Source: a virus. Taken from it: a DNA stretch of 64,000 nucleotides. Below the pieces are notes generated by a model. It ran no database searches. It was given only the letters and a program-made list of their open reading frames with translations, and was not told the DNA's origin. The first letter of the stretch is position 1. Each line of letters starts with the position of its first letter. Both the position numbers and the translations under genes were made by a program. Of the stretch, positions 27,017 to 37,078 are shown piece after piece. The stretch is from positions 1 to 64,000 of the IMG/VR virus record IMGVR_UViG_3300046328_000506, one strand, 5' to 3'.

Positions 27017-28963
27017 TTAGTCGTATTTTAAAAATGATTGCCCCTTTCCAGACATATCATATTGTTGTGCTTTTTGTAAATTCTTTTTAATCTCTTGTAA
27101 TTCAGTATTATATGTTTGGCGTATTGTTGGGTCTGAAAATGATGGATTATTAATCTCTACTAATACAGGCATAGTTACTGCCCTATCTTTACCTAATGGG
27201 GTAGCTCCAATTAACTCTTCTAATTTATCATCATAAGTTTCATCTCTTTTTAAACCAAAAGCATTTTCTGTTTCTTTATTAATGGTTGTTCCTCCAAATA
27301 ATCCAAAAGCACCGCCTGTACTTACCCCATCTTCTTTTCTATTTGTCTCGCTATTCTTAACTTGTAACAAAGGATTTTTAGCAAACACAGTTTCATCTCC
27401 AACTACCTTAACATCAGCATACACTTTATATTGAATAGTTTGTGGTAAAATTTGTGCTGCTCTTGCGTATTGTGCTCTATTTTCAGCAGGAATATTTTTA
27501 TTCATTGCCATCTTTTTGTAGTTTTCTACTTCAGATAACATTCTTTGATACTCTTCTGGATTTACAGGTATTCTTTTAAGATTGTTTCCTTGTGATACAA
27601 TCCTCATTTTTTCCATATTTAACAATCTGCCTTGCCCATCCTTACCGTTTAATTCTCTACCATTTGCAGCCCTAATAGATACGTTTTGTAAGTCAGATAA
27701 TTTTCTAAATTCAGATTTACCATCAAGTCCTTTCATACGAATAGCATCTTCCATTATCTTATCAAAATCACTACCCATAGGAATACCTGTTTCTAATGCT
27801 CCTATTTTAGCACCCGTATCTTTATCAAACATTGTTGGTACACCTTTCCAATCTAATGCTGCATCGCCAGTAGCTACTAAGTGCATGAAATCTTTTTTCT
27901 TTTCCTCCTCTTCATCCCCAGCACCTCTTGCTTTTGATAATGAAGCATCATAATCTATTGTAGATTTACTACCACTAAATGTAGCATTTTTAGCAGCAGC
28001 AGTTTTAGCTATCATTTGATGTATTCTATCTTGTGCTGCATTATGTAATTCTTCACCTTCTAAATTAGTAGTAGCTAATAATTCTGTATATGCTTGACTT
28101 TGTAGTTGTGCTTTTGCATCATTACCCAATCTAAGATAAACAGACTCCATAGCAGATTTAACTTGACCTAAGTTTGATACATTTTTATTACCAGCACCAT
28201 ATTTCATTAGTTCAGCCTGTCCTTGTGGGGAAGTAAACTCTTTATAAACTTGATTATCAGATTCACTTCCTGTTTCTCCTAACTGTTTAAATGCTGAATC
28301 TACATCTTGTATTACAAGCTCTCTGCCCTTACCAAATTGTAGCCACGTACTTGCTTCCCTATTATTTACATATTGTCCTTCACTATCTCTCCTTGCATAT
28401 AAATCAGAGTAGGACATTGTTTTGTACTTATTTTTATTAGCTGCCAATGTACTTGGAGATACAAACTCATCTTTACCTGTTTCTAAATTTGTAGCTAAAA
28501 ACCCACCTTTATCTGGTATAAATACATACTCATTTAGATTCTTTTTACTTTCAGCAGTCTTTAAACTTTCTTTGGTATATTCATAATCACGTTTACCTTC
28601 ATTTACTTTTTGCATATTTATTTGAGTTTCTGCAAGTAAATGTGAAGGTACGGGTGCATAAGGATTTTTAGAAATATAATCAGCTATTTTAGATTGAGCA
28701 TTTTGTATTCTTTCATATTCAGAATTAACATAGTTACTATGCCCTTCTAATTTAGAAAGAGATTCTTTATCAATAGCAGGAGCAGCAGTCTGAGCAGGTT
28801 GTTGTGCAAACTGATACCACTCGTTTTGAATTAACGGCTGTTGAATATAGTCAGGTGATTGTGTTGGAATATAAACCGTTTCACCCTTTAAATAGCCGCC
28901 TCCTTGCAATTTTGCAACTGCATTATTGGTTGGTAATAATTTAACTTTTTTTAAGGGTTTCAT
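27017..28963 (-). CDS. putative virion cargo/ejection protein (648 aa)
   Basis: Precedes RNAP; Cys-free; N-terminal KLQGGG motif. Confidence 0.7.
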   Translation of the reverse strand: MKPLKKVKLLPTNNAVAKLQGGGYLKGETVYIPTQSPDYIQQPLIQNEWYQFAQQPAQTAAPAIDKESLSKLEGHSNYVNSEYERIQNAQSKIADYISKNPYAPVPSHLLAETQINMQKVNEGKRDYEYTKESLKTAESKKNLNEYVFIPDKGGFLATNLETGKDEFVSPSTLAANKNKYKTMSYSDLYARRDSEGQYVNNREASTWLQFGKGRELVIQDVDSAFKQLGETGSESDNQVYKEFTSPQGQAELMKYGAGNKNVSNLGQVKSAMESVYLRLGNDAKAQLQSQAYTELLATTNLEGEELHNAAQDRIHQMIAKTAAAKNATFSGSKSTIDYDASLSKARGAGDEEEEKKKDFMHLVATGDAALDWKGVPTMFDKDTGAKIGALETGIPMGSDFDKIMEDAIRMKGLDGKSEFRKLSDLQNVSIRAANGRELNGKDGQGRLLNMEKMRIVSQGNNLKRIPVNPEEYQRMLSEVENYKKMAMNKNIPAENRAQYARAAQILPQTIQYKVYADVKVVGDETVFAKNPLLQVKNSETNRKEDGVSTGGAFGLFGGTTINKETENAFGLKRDETYDDKLEELIGATPLGKDRAVTMPVLVEINNPSFSDPTIRQTYNTELQEIKKNLQKAQQYDMSGKGQSFLKYD

Positions 28964-30504
28964 TTTTTCGGTTTTATTTGATTTAACATTTTCACGTACA
29001 TATTATTCTTATCACCTTTAATTTTTGCAAATAGTTTAGAATACTCTAAGTTCTGTTTGCGTAAATCTTTGATTTCAGCCTTTGATTCCTTGATTTCTTC
29101 TTTGTATCTGATTAATTCTTTTTTGTCTTGCAAAGATACAGTTTTTCCTCCAGATTTATATACCTGTTTATTTTTCTTACCAAACAGTTTTTGAAGTCCT
29201 CTTGATACATTATCTCCACCAGAGTTCAATCCACTTTGTTGTCTTGCTTTTACTCCTGCGTTATATTCTTTTGGTAATTGTTTCATCTGAGCATTTAATC
29301 CACCTTTACCATCAGCACCAGATAATTCTTCATTATATTTTTTTAGTGCTGTAGTTTTAGTTTCAAGTTCTATTTTTCTTTTATCGTAATCTTTCTTTTC
29401 TTCTGGGGTTAATTTATCTAAACCTTTACCTTCATAATGTTTAATGTAAGCATTATCTACATTTAATTCTTTTTCTGCTGTATCTCTCTTACTTGTAACA
29501 TCTGCAATACTACTCCTTACATCATTTGTTTTATCACCATACTCATTCTGTGCTGATTGCTCATCAAATTGATTTGCTAATGCTTGTTTCTGGTCTCTCT
29601 CCATTCTATTACCAAGCATTGTACTTTGCACTTCATCTGCTATATTTAACAAGTGTTGTCTACCAGCTACTTTCTTTTGCAAATCAGCTTGTGCATTTTG
29701 AGCCCTCATAGCATTATTAAACTCAGTTTCCATTCTTCTATTTTCATTTTCTTCACCTTTCACACGATTTCTTTCAGCACTTGCGTTTTGGCTTCTTTGT
29801 GCTAAATCTTGCATTTCAATATTAGATTTATTTGCGTTAGCTTGTAATCCTGTAATAGCATTTAGTGTAGCATCAGTGGTTTGATTTTGATTAACTGCTG
29901 AACGTAAATTTGCAGCATTAGCTTGTTGTTTAGCTACTTCTACTGTATAATTACCAGCACTTGCAGGATTGATTAGATTCTGGTGTAGTTTTTGATAAGC
30001 GTCTTCCCCTGTAATAGGTTTATTAAAAATAGCTTTACCTAATCCTAATAACTTATCGGCAGTTAATCCACTACCTCTTACTCTATTATCTGGTGTAGTA
30101 GCTGTTAAACTTTCATTACCACCTACTCTTAATGCTCCTACTTTTTCAGTCCCATCTGCATTTGATACCGCACCAGTTTCTACAACTTCTTCGTCTGAAC
30201 CTTCTTTAAAAGCTCTTGTATCTATTGCACCATCTTCCTCATTTAATACAACTCCTTTTGAATTAACATATTCCCCATTTTCATTTTGAGATACAGCAAC
30301 TCTATCTACTATATCTTCTCCTTGTGTTTGAGTTGATATAGTAGATGGAATTTTCTTAATAAGGGGATTGATTGGGGATGTAGCTAATGCTGGAATAGCT
30401 GATGATTTAGGAAATAATGTACCAAACTTAGATACATTTCTTTCAGCTAATGGTGTGCCAGGAAGTTTACCTGCTTGTTGAAACGTTAAGACTTTTTTTT
30501 TAAA
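28960..30504 (-). CDS. start-less open frame, probable C-terminal extension of the 30486-32552 gene by -1 slippage (fusion about 1197 aa)
   Basis: Frame of the 284-aa ORF stays open for 230 more codons upstream (to 30504) with no ATG/GTG/TTG; begins FKKKVLTFQQAGKLP. Confidence 0.65.
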   Translation of the reverse strand, partial: FKKKVLTFQQAGKLPGTPLAERNVSKFGTLFPKSSAIPALATSPINPLIKKIPSTISTQTQGEDIVDRVAVSQNENGEYVNSKGVVLNEEDGAIDTRAFKEGSDEEVVETGAVSNADGTEKVGALRVGGNESLTATTPDNRVRGSGLTADKLLGLGKAIFNKPITGEDAYQKLHQNLINPASAGNYTVEVAKQQANAANLRSAVNQNQTTDATLNAITGLQANANKSNIEMQDLAQRSQNASAERNRVKGEENENRRMETEFNNAMRAQNAQADLQKKVAGRQHLLNIADEVQSTMLGNRMERDQKQALANQFDEQSAQNEYGDKTNDVRSSIADVTSKRDTAEKELNVDNAYIKHYEGKGLDKLTPEEKKDYDKRKIELETKTTALKKYNEELSGADGKGGLNAQMKQLPKEYNAGVKARQQSGLNSGGDNVSRGLQKLFGKKNKQVYKSGGKTVSLQDKKELIRYKEEIKESKAEIKDLRKQNLEYSKLFAKIKGDKNNMYVKMLNQIKPKK

Positions 30505-32552
30505 TTATTATCAGAGGATTTTAGATTACCCCCGAACTTCAATGATTGTTTCATATCGTTTTGTGTGTTTGAATTACTCATGTTTAACAATGAATCATTT
30601 AGTTTTTCATCTGAGCCATAGTTTCTTTGAGATAGTTTTCTTTTTTGAGCTATTAAAGTTTCAGCATATCTTCTAAGTTCTTTATCTCTTAAATCAGTAT
30701 TATTGGCTACGTTAGAATAAGATTTAGTACCACTAACACCTTGTTTAATTTGTCTACTTTTATCTAACTCTTTCATAATACCATCTAACTCACTATCAAT
30801 TCTTGCTATTTCTTTCTTTAAGTTATTACCCATGCCATCAGAAATACCAACATTACCAGCTCTATTTTTAAATTGGCTTGAATATTGGTTTTGACTTTGC
30901 ATGTTTATACCGCCTTGCTGAAATAATCTACCACCATTTTCTTTTACAGGTAAATACTTTCCTGCTGTGTTTGCTATCTGTTGAGTGCCTTGACCAAGTA
31001 ATTTTGAAGTATTGCCAGCAATAGATTTAGCTCCTTCACCAATCATGCCAACATCTTTATAACTCATGCTGTAAACTTTCTTAATTACATCTTTTCCTAC
31101 TTGAGGAAACATTTTATAAACCTTTTCTAAATTACCACCCGTAGTTTGCAATGCTTCTGATATTTTCACAAGTTTATCTGCTCCTGCTGTTATTGCTGTA
31201 CTTCCTATTTTACCTACAGTGTTTGCTGTGTTAGCTATTGTGCTTAATCCACCAGAAGTTGCTCCTGTACCAAGTTGTAATGTTTTTTGTACTATTGGGG
31301 CTGCTTTTGAAACTACCTCAGATGCCTTACCTGCGACTTGAGCACCTTTAACAAGTGTAGTACCTAAACCAGAAGTAGCTACTCCAGCAGCAAAGTCTTT
31401 TCTTGCACCACTTAAAGTTTTAACTAACTCATTTATATCGCTATCAGACATAGACATAAATTTACTTACACCTTTATTGTAATTAGAACTTCCTGGCATT
31501 TTACTTACGTGAGCTCTTGTGAGAAGTTCTGCGTATAATTTCTTTTTTTCCGGTGTTAGTGTTTGAGATTGTGATTGAGAACTATCACCTCCAACAAGCA
31601 CTGTACTTTTTGTAGATAGTGGGTTAAACGGCTCGCTACCGCCAAGACCTTCTCTAAAAGCGTCTTCTTTTGGATTTCTATTTTCAGTAGAGCCAATGTA
31701 TTTAGCATTAGCATCAATCATTCCTCTATTAAATAATTCACTTTTGATTTTTGTGTCAAGTTCTTTTTGATTAGCTTTTGCTCCACCACCTTTATTCCAT
31801 AAATCACGATAAGCATCTTGTAATTCTGGATAGTTTCTCCAAGAATTAAACATATCACTTCTTTGTTTTCCAGCTAATTTACTTTCTTCACTTTCTTTTT
31901 TACCTGTTCCACCACCATTTGTCTTAGTTCCAGTTTTAACATCAGTAGGTTTTACTTTTTCTTTTGGTAAAGCATCTTCTACATCTCTTTCGTCAGCTTC
32001 AGTAGGGGCATACTCAACTGGTTTTTGTGTAGTAGATTCTGTTTGTTTTTTACCTACATAATCTTTTGTAGTATTAAAATACTTTAGTATAGCATTTGCT
32101 TCATTAAGCCTTTTGCTTTCATTTTTTGTAGGTACTTCATCATCACTTTTACCTTTAAATATTTTTTGTAATAATTCACCAGCACCAGTTCTTGACCGTT
32201 TTACTTCACCTGTTTCAGAATCTATTGGTTGAATTTCTTTTGTTTTTGTGTCAAACCTATACTGTGTAGGATTTTTTTCTAAATGCCGCACAGCAGCTTT
32301 TAATGATTTTATTTCACTTTTTCCTAATTTCCTACCACCAATTTTACCAGAGTTGATAGCTGCGTTCATCATACTCATATTTGAACGAATACCTTCATCA
32401 GCAGATTCTTTTAATCTTTCTTCTGATAATTGTGTAGTGGTATTATACAGTTTCTTATACCCAAGCATTTCCCCTTTGTCTTGCTTTTCTTTCTTTTCCG
32501 ATTTTCCACCTTCTTGAAATTTACGTACAGTAGATATTAATTCTAATTTCAT
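30486..32552 (-). CDS. putative virion cargo protein (688 aa, 0-frame product)
   Basis: KFQEGG, LFQQGG, LKFGG motifs; Gly/Ala/Thr-rich amphipathic region; Cys-free. Confidence 0.75.
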   Translation of the reverse strand: MKLELISTVRKFQEGGKSEKKEKQDKGEMLGYKKLYNTTTQLSEERLKESADEGIRSNMSMMNAAINSGKIGGRKLGKSEIKSLKAAVRHLEKNPTQYRFDTKTKEIQPIDSETGEVKRSRTGAGELLQKIFKGKSDDEVPTKNESKRLNEANAILKYFNTTKDYVGKKQTESTTQKPVEYAPTEADERDVEDALPKEKVKPTDVKTGTKTNGGGTGKKESEESKLAGKQRSDMFNSWRNYPELQDAYRDLWNKGGGAKANQKELDTKIKSELFNRGMIDANAKYIGSTENRNPKEDAFREGLGGSEPFNPLSTKSTVLVGGDSSQSQSQTLTPEKKKLYAELLTRAHVSKMPGSSNYNKGVSKFMSMSDSDINELVKTLSGARKDFAAGVATSGLGTTLVKGAQVAGKASEVVSKAAPIVQKTLQLGTGATSGGLSTIANTANTVGKIGSTAITAGADKLVKISEALQTTGGNLEKVYKMFPQVGKDVIKKVYSMSYKDVGMIGEGAKSIAGNTSKLLGQGTQQIANTAGKYLPVKENGGRLFQQGGINMQSQNQYSSQFKNRAGNVGISDGMGNNLKKEIARIDSELDGIMKELDKSRQIKQGVSGTKSYSNVANNTDLRDKELRRYAETLIAQKRKLSQRNYGSDEKLNDSLLNMSNSNTQNDMKQSLKFGGNLKSSDNNLKKKS
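30492..30504 (-). promoter_or_regulatory. slippery site T TTA AAA AAA AAG (A9 tract)
   Basis: Contains the dnaX-type heptamer A AAA AAG one sense codon (TCT) before the 0-frame TAA; -1 frame is open downstream. Confidence 0.6.
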
Positions 32553-32580
32553 TTCTTTCTAATTTATATTGTTTACAAAT

Positions 32581-32859
32581 TTAAACATTTGTATTGGAAG
32601 ATTGTATAAGTATATCTTCTTCTAATTTAGTATAGCTAATTCCCAATGCCCTTAAATGCTCTGGAAATTCACTCAGGAACAACATCTCTATCTGAGATGT
32701 ATTATCTCTGTCATCATCCGTAAGTATGTCTAATAGCCTCTTAATGATAAATAGCACTATGTCTATAATAGGCTTTGCTGCACTTGTGTTTGACAAGGAT
32801 TTAGCTAACAAATCTATAAGAGTATTAAGTCCAAGTTTAATAAAATATTTGAATAACAT
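32581..32859 (-). CDS. small amphipathic protein, possible lysis accessory/holin
   Basis: Directly downstream of amidase; amphipathic helices PIIDIVLFIIKRLLDIL; function inferred only from context. Confidence 0.5.
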   Translation of the reverse strand: MLFKYFIKLGLNTLIDLLAKSLSNTSAAKPIIDIVLFIIKRLLDILTDDDRDNTSQIEMLFLSEFPEHLRALGISYTKLEEDILIQSSNTNV

Positions 32860-32860
32860 A

Positions 32861-33352
32861 TTAATATTTGTTATGTTTTAAAATTGTAAAATTATCTTTA
32901 TCATAAATATTTTTTTTAGGGACACCAAGTTCTTGTAAGTATTTTGGAACTGAAAAACAAGGGCATGCTTTTGCTGCAATTTGGTTATGACCTAAGATAA
33001 TAATCTCTGGATATTCTTTCAAATACCATTCAATTATTTCTTTCATTTTTTCTTTTTGTATGTCTGTACGATTATCAATAGGTTGTCCTTTTGCAGTTAT
33101 TCCGCCAATATACGATATGTTTATTGAATTACTATTTGATATATCAATGGTTTCATTTTTATATGCTTGAACTCCATTTGAAGGTTTGGTATTATCTATG
33201 TAACGTTTTACAACTCCATCTGGTTGTATAGTAACATGATAACCCTCTCTTTTCCACTTTAAAGAATTAAGGAAGAAGTGTTGTAGTTTCTGCCAATTCC
33301 AAGTTTGAGGACTGGCTGTTGTGTGTATTACTAAATATTTTATTGTTCTCAT
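32861..33352 (-). CDS. N-acetylmuramoyl-L-alanine amidase endolysin (T7-lysozyme/Amidase_2 type)
   Basis: LVIHTTA, GYH, SINISYIGG, ILGHNQ, KACPCF Zn-ligand motifs. Confidence 0.9.
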   Translation of the reverse strand: MRTIKYLVIHTTASPQTWNWQKLQHFFLNSLKWKREGYHVTIQPDGVVKRYIDNTKPSNGVQAYKNETIDISNSNSINISYIGGITAKGQPIDNRTDIQKEKMKEIIEWYLKEYPEIIILGHNQIAAKACPCFSVPKYLQELGVPKKNIYDKDNFTILKHNKY

Positions 33353-33367
33353 GTGTGTTGTTTTGTC

Positions 33368-33733
33368 TTAACGTGTTAGTTTTACAAATATACCACCAAA
33401 TAATCTAACTGCTCTATAGTAGATTTTAGCGTACTTAAAGTTGTTTTCTTGCATCATTTTTAAAAACAAATCATCTATTTCTTTTCTTGTAAAAGGCATA
33501 CCATTTTCTAAGAATTGGTATAAAGCATCATGTACTAAAGAAGGATAATAAGTTTCTTTAAAATCTGGTGATAACGTAGTCCCATCCCAAGCATATCCAG
33601 CTTTTACAACCACATCTCCCCTTTTATCAATAATTACCCAAATCTTACCAAGTAAATCTCTACCTGTAAAAGATTTATTCTTTATCTCAGTAGAGTATGT
33701 AAAGTCTTTCTCTAATGTAAATTTATATTTCAT
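33368..33733 (-). CDS. DUF1353-like protein
   Basis: GYAWDG...SLVHDALY...RKEIDDLF...YRAVRLFG signature. Confidence 0.8.
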   Translation of the reverse strand: MKYKFTLEKDFTYSTEIKNKSFTGRDLLGKIWVIIDKRGDVVVKAGYAWDGTTLSPDFKETYYPSLVHDALYQFLENGMPFTRKEIDDLFLKMMQENNFKYAKIYYRAVRLFGGIFVKLTR

Positions 33734-33960
33734 AAGTAGTTATATAAGATTTTAGTGAGCATTTCGTTTATTGGTAAGTTTTTGTAAGTATCAAAATCCT
33801 TTCCAATTAAAAATATAGGAATACCTGATACTGTAGTGGAATTACCCTTGTATGTTACAATAATATCATAGACTATATTAATGTATGTTTCTGTTAAATC
33901 ATAATTAATAATATCTACATTTCTTTCTATTCCATGATTAGATGGTATTTTTATTATCAT
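33730..33960 (-). CDS. hypothetical protein (76 aa)
   Basis: ORF track; ATGA overlap with DUF1353 gene. Confidence 0.6.
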   Translation of the reverse strand: MIIKIPSNHGIERNVDIINYDLTETYINIVYDIIVTYKGNSTTVSGIPIFLIGKDFDTYKNLPINEMLTKILYNYL

Positions 33961-33966
33961 GTTAGT

Positions 33967-34003
33967 AAAAATGGTTCTAACCTTTTTAAAATTAGAACCA
34001 TTT
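33967..34003 (-). terminator. hairpin/weak terminator between tail-fibre and lysis genes
   Basis: AAATGGTTCTAA / TTAGAACCATTT perfect 12-bp inverted repeat, extended by G-U pairs on the - strand, short T-tract. Confidence 0.55.
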
Positions 34004-34017
34004 AGTTTTTTAAGTTA

Positions 34018-34437
34018 TTATAAATTAGTCCAATTTGCCCAAGATTTAAACTCATCTACTTTATTATCTGAAACTAACTGAAGATAGCTTTCTAAAGCTA
34101 TATCTTGTAAATCAGTAGTAGTAGAAGTTTGTAATGTTAATACTGCGTTTTCAATAGTCCAAGTCATTGTAATTTCATAAGTAAAAGCACCAGTGTTAAC
34201 TAAAGAATATGTACCATTACTGCTTGTATCTTGAATACTAAATTCAGGTAACTGTTTGTATGCACTTTCAGCATTTTGTACTACATTCTGACAAATATTT
34301 ATAAATTCTTCAGAAGCTTCCGTATAAGGGACTGTAATTGTATTTACAAGCGTTTGACTTACGTTAATATTTGCTTCAATTCCAATTGTATAAGGAATAA
34401 TTGGCGTTCCTGTAGAAATAATTTGATAACTGTTCAT
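34018..34437 (-). CDS. tail-fibre-associated hypothetical protein (two similar halves)
   Basis: ORF track; follows fibre gene; YQIISTGT/YSLVNTGA internal similarity. Confidence 0.65.
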   Translation of the reverse strand: MNSYQIISTGTPIIPYTIGIEANINVSQTLVNTITVPYTEASEEFINICQNVVQNAESAYKQLPEFSIQDTSSNGTYSLVNTGAFTYEITMTWTIENAVLTLQTSTTTDLQDIALESYLQLVSDNKVDEFKSWANWTNL

Positions 34438-34456
34438 TTGTTTTTTATTTTAATTG

Positions 34457-36226
34457 TTAAAAATATGTTGTTGAAACTACTACTTCATTGGCGACTCCTG
34501 TTGCTGTATTGTCATTATTTACTATACCCGATGTAATGGCTAAACTAAAACCTGTCGGAAGTCTTATTCCAAATGCACCACAATCTATAGAAACACTCTG
34601 CCCTGCTGGAATAAAATAATTCAATGTAGCATTTGTAGTTCCCATTACAACTGAAGCACTCAAAGAGTTAAATATTTTCAACCATCTTCCTGTCGCAGAT
34701 ATATTACTACAATGTATATTATTCAATACTGTAGCACCTGATTTAATTTGAATTAAACTATTTGTAGCATTAGACACTATATTAGTATGTGTAGAAGCCC
34801 CTTGTGCTGTGCTACCTACATTTGTTACTACACTGTTTGCACCTAAATTGGCAGTTACTGTACCTGAAACAGCTTGGGTATTTACATAAGTAGGAATTGT
34901 AGATTGTAAACCGTTTACTAATAAAGTAGTTGTTCCTCCTGTAGTTGCTGTAGTAAGCCTTAAAATAAAATATCTCGCTATTACATTTGTTATTCTTAAA
35001 GCCGTAGTATTAAAAGTACCAGAAATACCTCCACCAATAGGGTCAAATAACTGCCCATTTTGTCTTACGGCTAAAGTAGGGTCATTACTCCACTGCCCTG
35101 TAATTACACCTGTCGTACCTATTGAAGTACATTGTATAGATAAACTTCTAAGTTGTGAGCAATCTATTACTAATAAATCTGTGTTGATAGGTATCACTCC
35201 TACTTGTGAAAAAGAAAATGGTGTTAATGGTACTTGTGTTGCTTGAATATTTTCGCTAGCACTCATTACACCTATCTCTAACTTATTGTGATTTTTACAA
35301 GTAATATAATCAAGAATAATGTTGGTATTAGTTGCAGGAGGAGTTGCTCCATTTAATACTGCAACACCAGCACCCATTGTATCATATTGACTTGGAATAA
35401 CCCTTGTATGTCTTGCTACTCTTATTTCGTTAATATAAAAAACTACTTCTTCAGTAAGTAATTCGACACGATATTCTAAACTTGTTGCTGTAGTTAAACC
35501 GTTTGGAATTGTTACAACTGTCTCTTGAATTTCATTACCTGTCGGAGCTATTGTTGGATTTCTTGCAGTTTGACATTTTATTGTAGTATTTGTCGTACCA
35601 TCTGCTTGAAATCTTGCAAACCATTTAGTAGGAGAACCCTCATCATTTAAACCAATATTAATTGTCTGATTTATAATTCTTTGAGATATACTTAAACCTG
35701 CTCTATATACTAATGGAGCTACATCAACAAATCTACCTAATACTGTTACAGCACTTGCTGTAGTTCCTGCGGCTATCGTAGCTGCTCCAGAAGCCACTGA
35801 TGTTGTTGCTCCTGTTCCAGTAAAACTTCTTACTATTTGTCTACTTGCTACACCTGTTGTAGTTGCCCCTGTATAAGGTGTTTCAAGAATTATTTGTGTA
35901 GGAGTAATTGTATCTATTTGAACAAGTGTGCTCTCAGCATGACCGTCAATATTTACATAATCACCTGCTTTTACATCATAAGTATTAAATGCTGTTCCCG
36001 TAACTATATCACTTCCATTTGTAAAAGTACAAGTGCCAATACTAACTCTTAAAGAAGTATTTGCAAAGTTTACTCTAAAAGTACCTTCATCTGTTAAAGC
36101 AGCACCTCTCATCATAAGATTACCATCTGCATCAAAAGAGGCTTCTACTACATCTGGCGCAATAGGAGCTACTGGAGGATAATAATCTTTTTGTATTCCG
36201 TTTAATCTAAAATTTTCTGCGTACAT
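34457..36226 (-). CDS. tail fibre/spike-like protein (589 aa)
   Basis: Thr/Gly/Ala-rich beta composition; GTCTFTNGSDIVTG fibre-type motif; lectin-like middle region. Confidence 0.7.
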   Translation of the reverse strand: MYAENFRLNGIQKDYYPPVAPIAPDVVEASFDADGNLMMRGAALTDEGTFRVNFANTSLRVSIGTCTFTNGSDIVTGTAFNTYDVKAGDYVNIDGHAESTLVQIDTITPTQIILETPYTGATTTGVASRQIVRSFTGTGATTSVASGAATIAAGTTASAVTVLGRFVDVAPLVYRAGLSISQRIINQTINIGLNDEGSPTKWFARFQADGTTNTTIKCQTARNPTIAPTGNEIQETVVTIPNGLTTATSLEYRVELLTEEVVFYINEIRVARHTRVIPSQYDTMGAGVAVLNGATPPATNTNIILDYITCKNHNKLEIGVMSASENIQATQVPLTPFSFSQVGVIPINTDLLVIDCSQLRSLSIQCTSIGTTGVITGQWSNDPTLAVRQNGQLFDPIGGGISGTFNTTALRITNVIARYFILRLTTATTGGTTTLLVNGLQSTIPTYVNTQAVSGTVTANLGANSVVTNVGSTAQGASTHTNIVSNATNSLIQIKSGATVLNNIHCSNISATGRWLKIFNSLSASVVMGTTNATLNYFIPAGQSVSIDCGAFGIRLPTGFSLAITSGIVNNDNTATGVANEVVVSTTYF

Positions 36227-36229
36227 ATA

Positions 36230-36658
36230 TTAGCTTAATATAAAGTTAGTATCGTTTGAAATTATTGTAATAAAAGTATTTTGATGTCTAATTATTAAAT
36301 TTACATCATTATTAATCGTTTGTCCTCCTGTTGTGATAACAGTAATAATATTACCTGTAGAATCTGTTTTTACTATTGATACTTCTTTACCAGCATTACT
36401 AATAGCAGTTGGTAAAGTAAGAGTAACATCACCTGAAGTACAATTTACTTGATAAATAGTATTATAAACTAAACTTGTATTTGTACTTATAGAAGATATA
36501 GTCGGAGGTGTAGGTGCTGAAGGAGTAGACGGATTATCTATCCAAGTACCAGCACTTCTCAGTTCTAATTTACCAGTATCTAAATTAAAAATTACATCTC
36601 CATTAGACCAACTTCTTGCTGCAATTTCAGCATTTGTATATCCTATATTTGCTTGCAT
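36230..36658 (-). CDS. tail fibre subunit-like protein (142 aa)
   Basis: GDVIFNLDTGKLE..W and VTLTLPTA...G...I.KTD fibre motifs. Confidence 0.7.
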   Translation of the reverse strand: MQANIGYTNAEIAARSWSNGDVIFNLDTGKLELRSAGTWIDNPSTPSAPTPPTISSISTNTSLVYNTIYQVNCTSGDVTLTLPTAISNAGKEVSIVKTDSTGNIITVITTGGQTINNDVNLIIRHQNTFITIISNDTNFILS

Positions 36659-37068
36659 TATTTTACATATTTATTGAAATATCCAAGAGAATCACCTCTT
36701 GCTATTGCATTATTAATTAAATCATCAACTATTGTAGGTTGTGTAAGTAAAAATTGAAAGAAATCAAACTCACCTATTGGTTCACCTTTTGTATCTGTGT
36801 GTAACAAAGTTGGAGGTAAAGTAGAATTATCATATTCTAAATACTCACCAGTTAAACTATAAACTTGTTCGTTATTACTTGCAATTAATTCACCTGTTGT
36901 AGTTAGGTTTTCTATTACTTCCCCAAGATTATTCTCGTGGTATATTTTGACAAAGAATAATACTGAGTTAGCATCTTCTGAATCAAATAAAAATTTCTTC
37001 TTTTCAGCATAGTAAAATCTTTTTACTCCTGCTATTTTTGGATAATCTGATATGTATATTTTTGTCAT
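36658..37068 (-). CDS. hypothetical protein in fibre module (136 aa)
   Basis: ORF track; TAATG coupling. Confidence 0.7.
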   Translation of the reverse strand: MTKIYISDYPKIAGVKRFYYAEKKKFLFDSEDANSVLFFVKIYHENNLGEVIENLTTTGELIASNNEQVYSLTGEYLEYDNSTLPPTLLHTDTKGEPIGEFDFFQFLLTQPTIVDDLINNAIARGDSLGYFNKYVK

Positions 37069-37078
37069 ATTTTGTATT

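Noticed and set aside
28960-29814. 284-aa ORF as an independent gene starting at ATG 29814
   Set aside because: Would leave 670 nt of clearly coding, in-frame sequence untranslated; better explained as part of a longer frame
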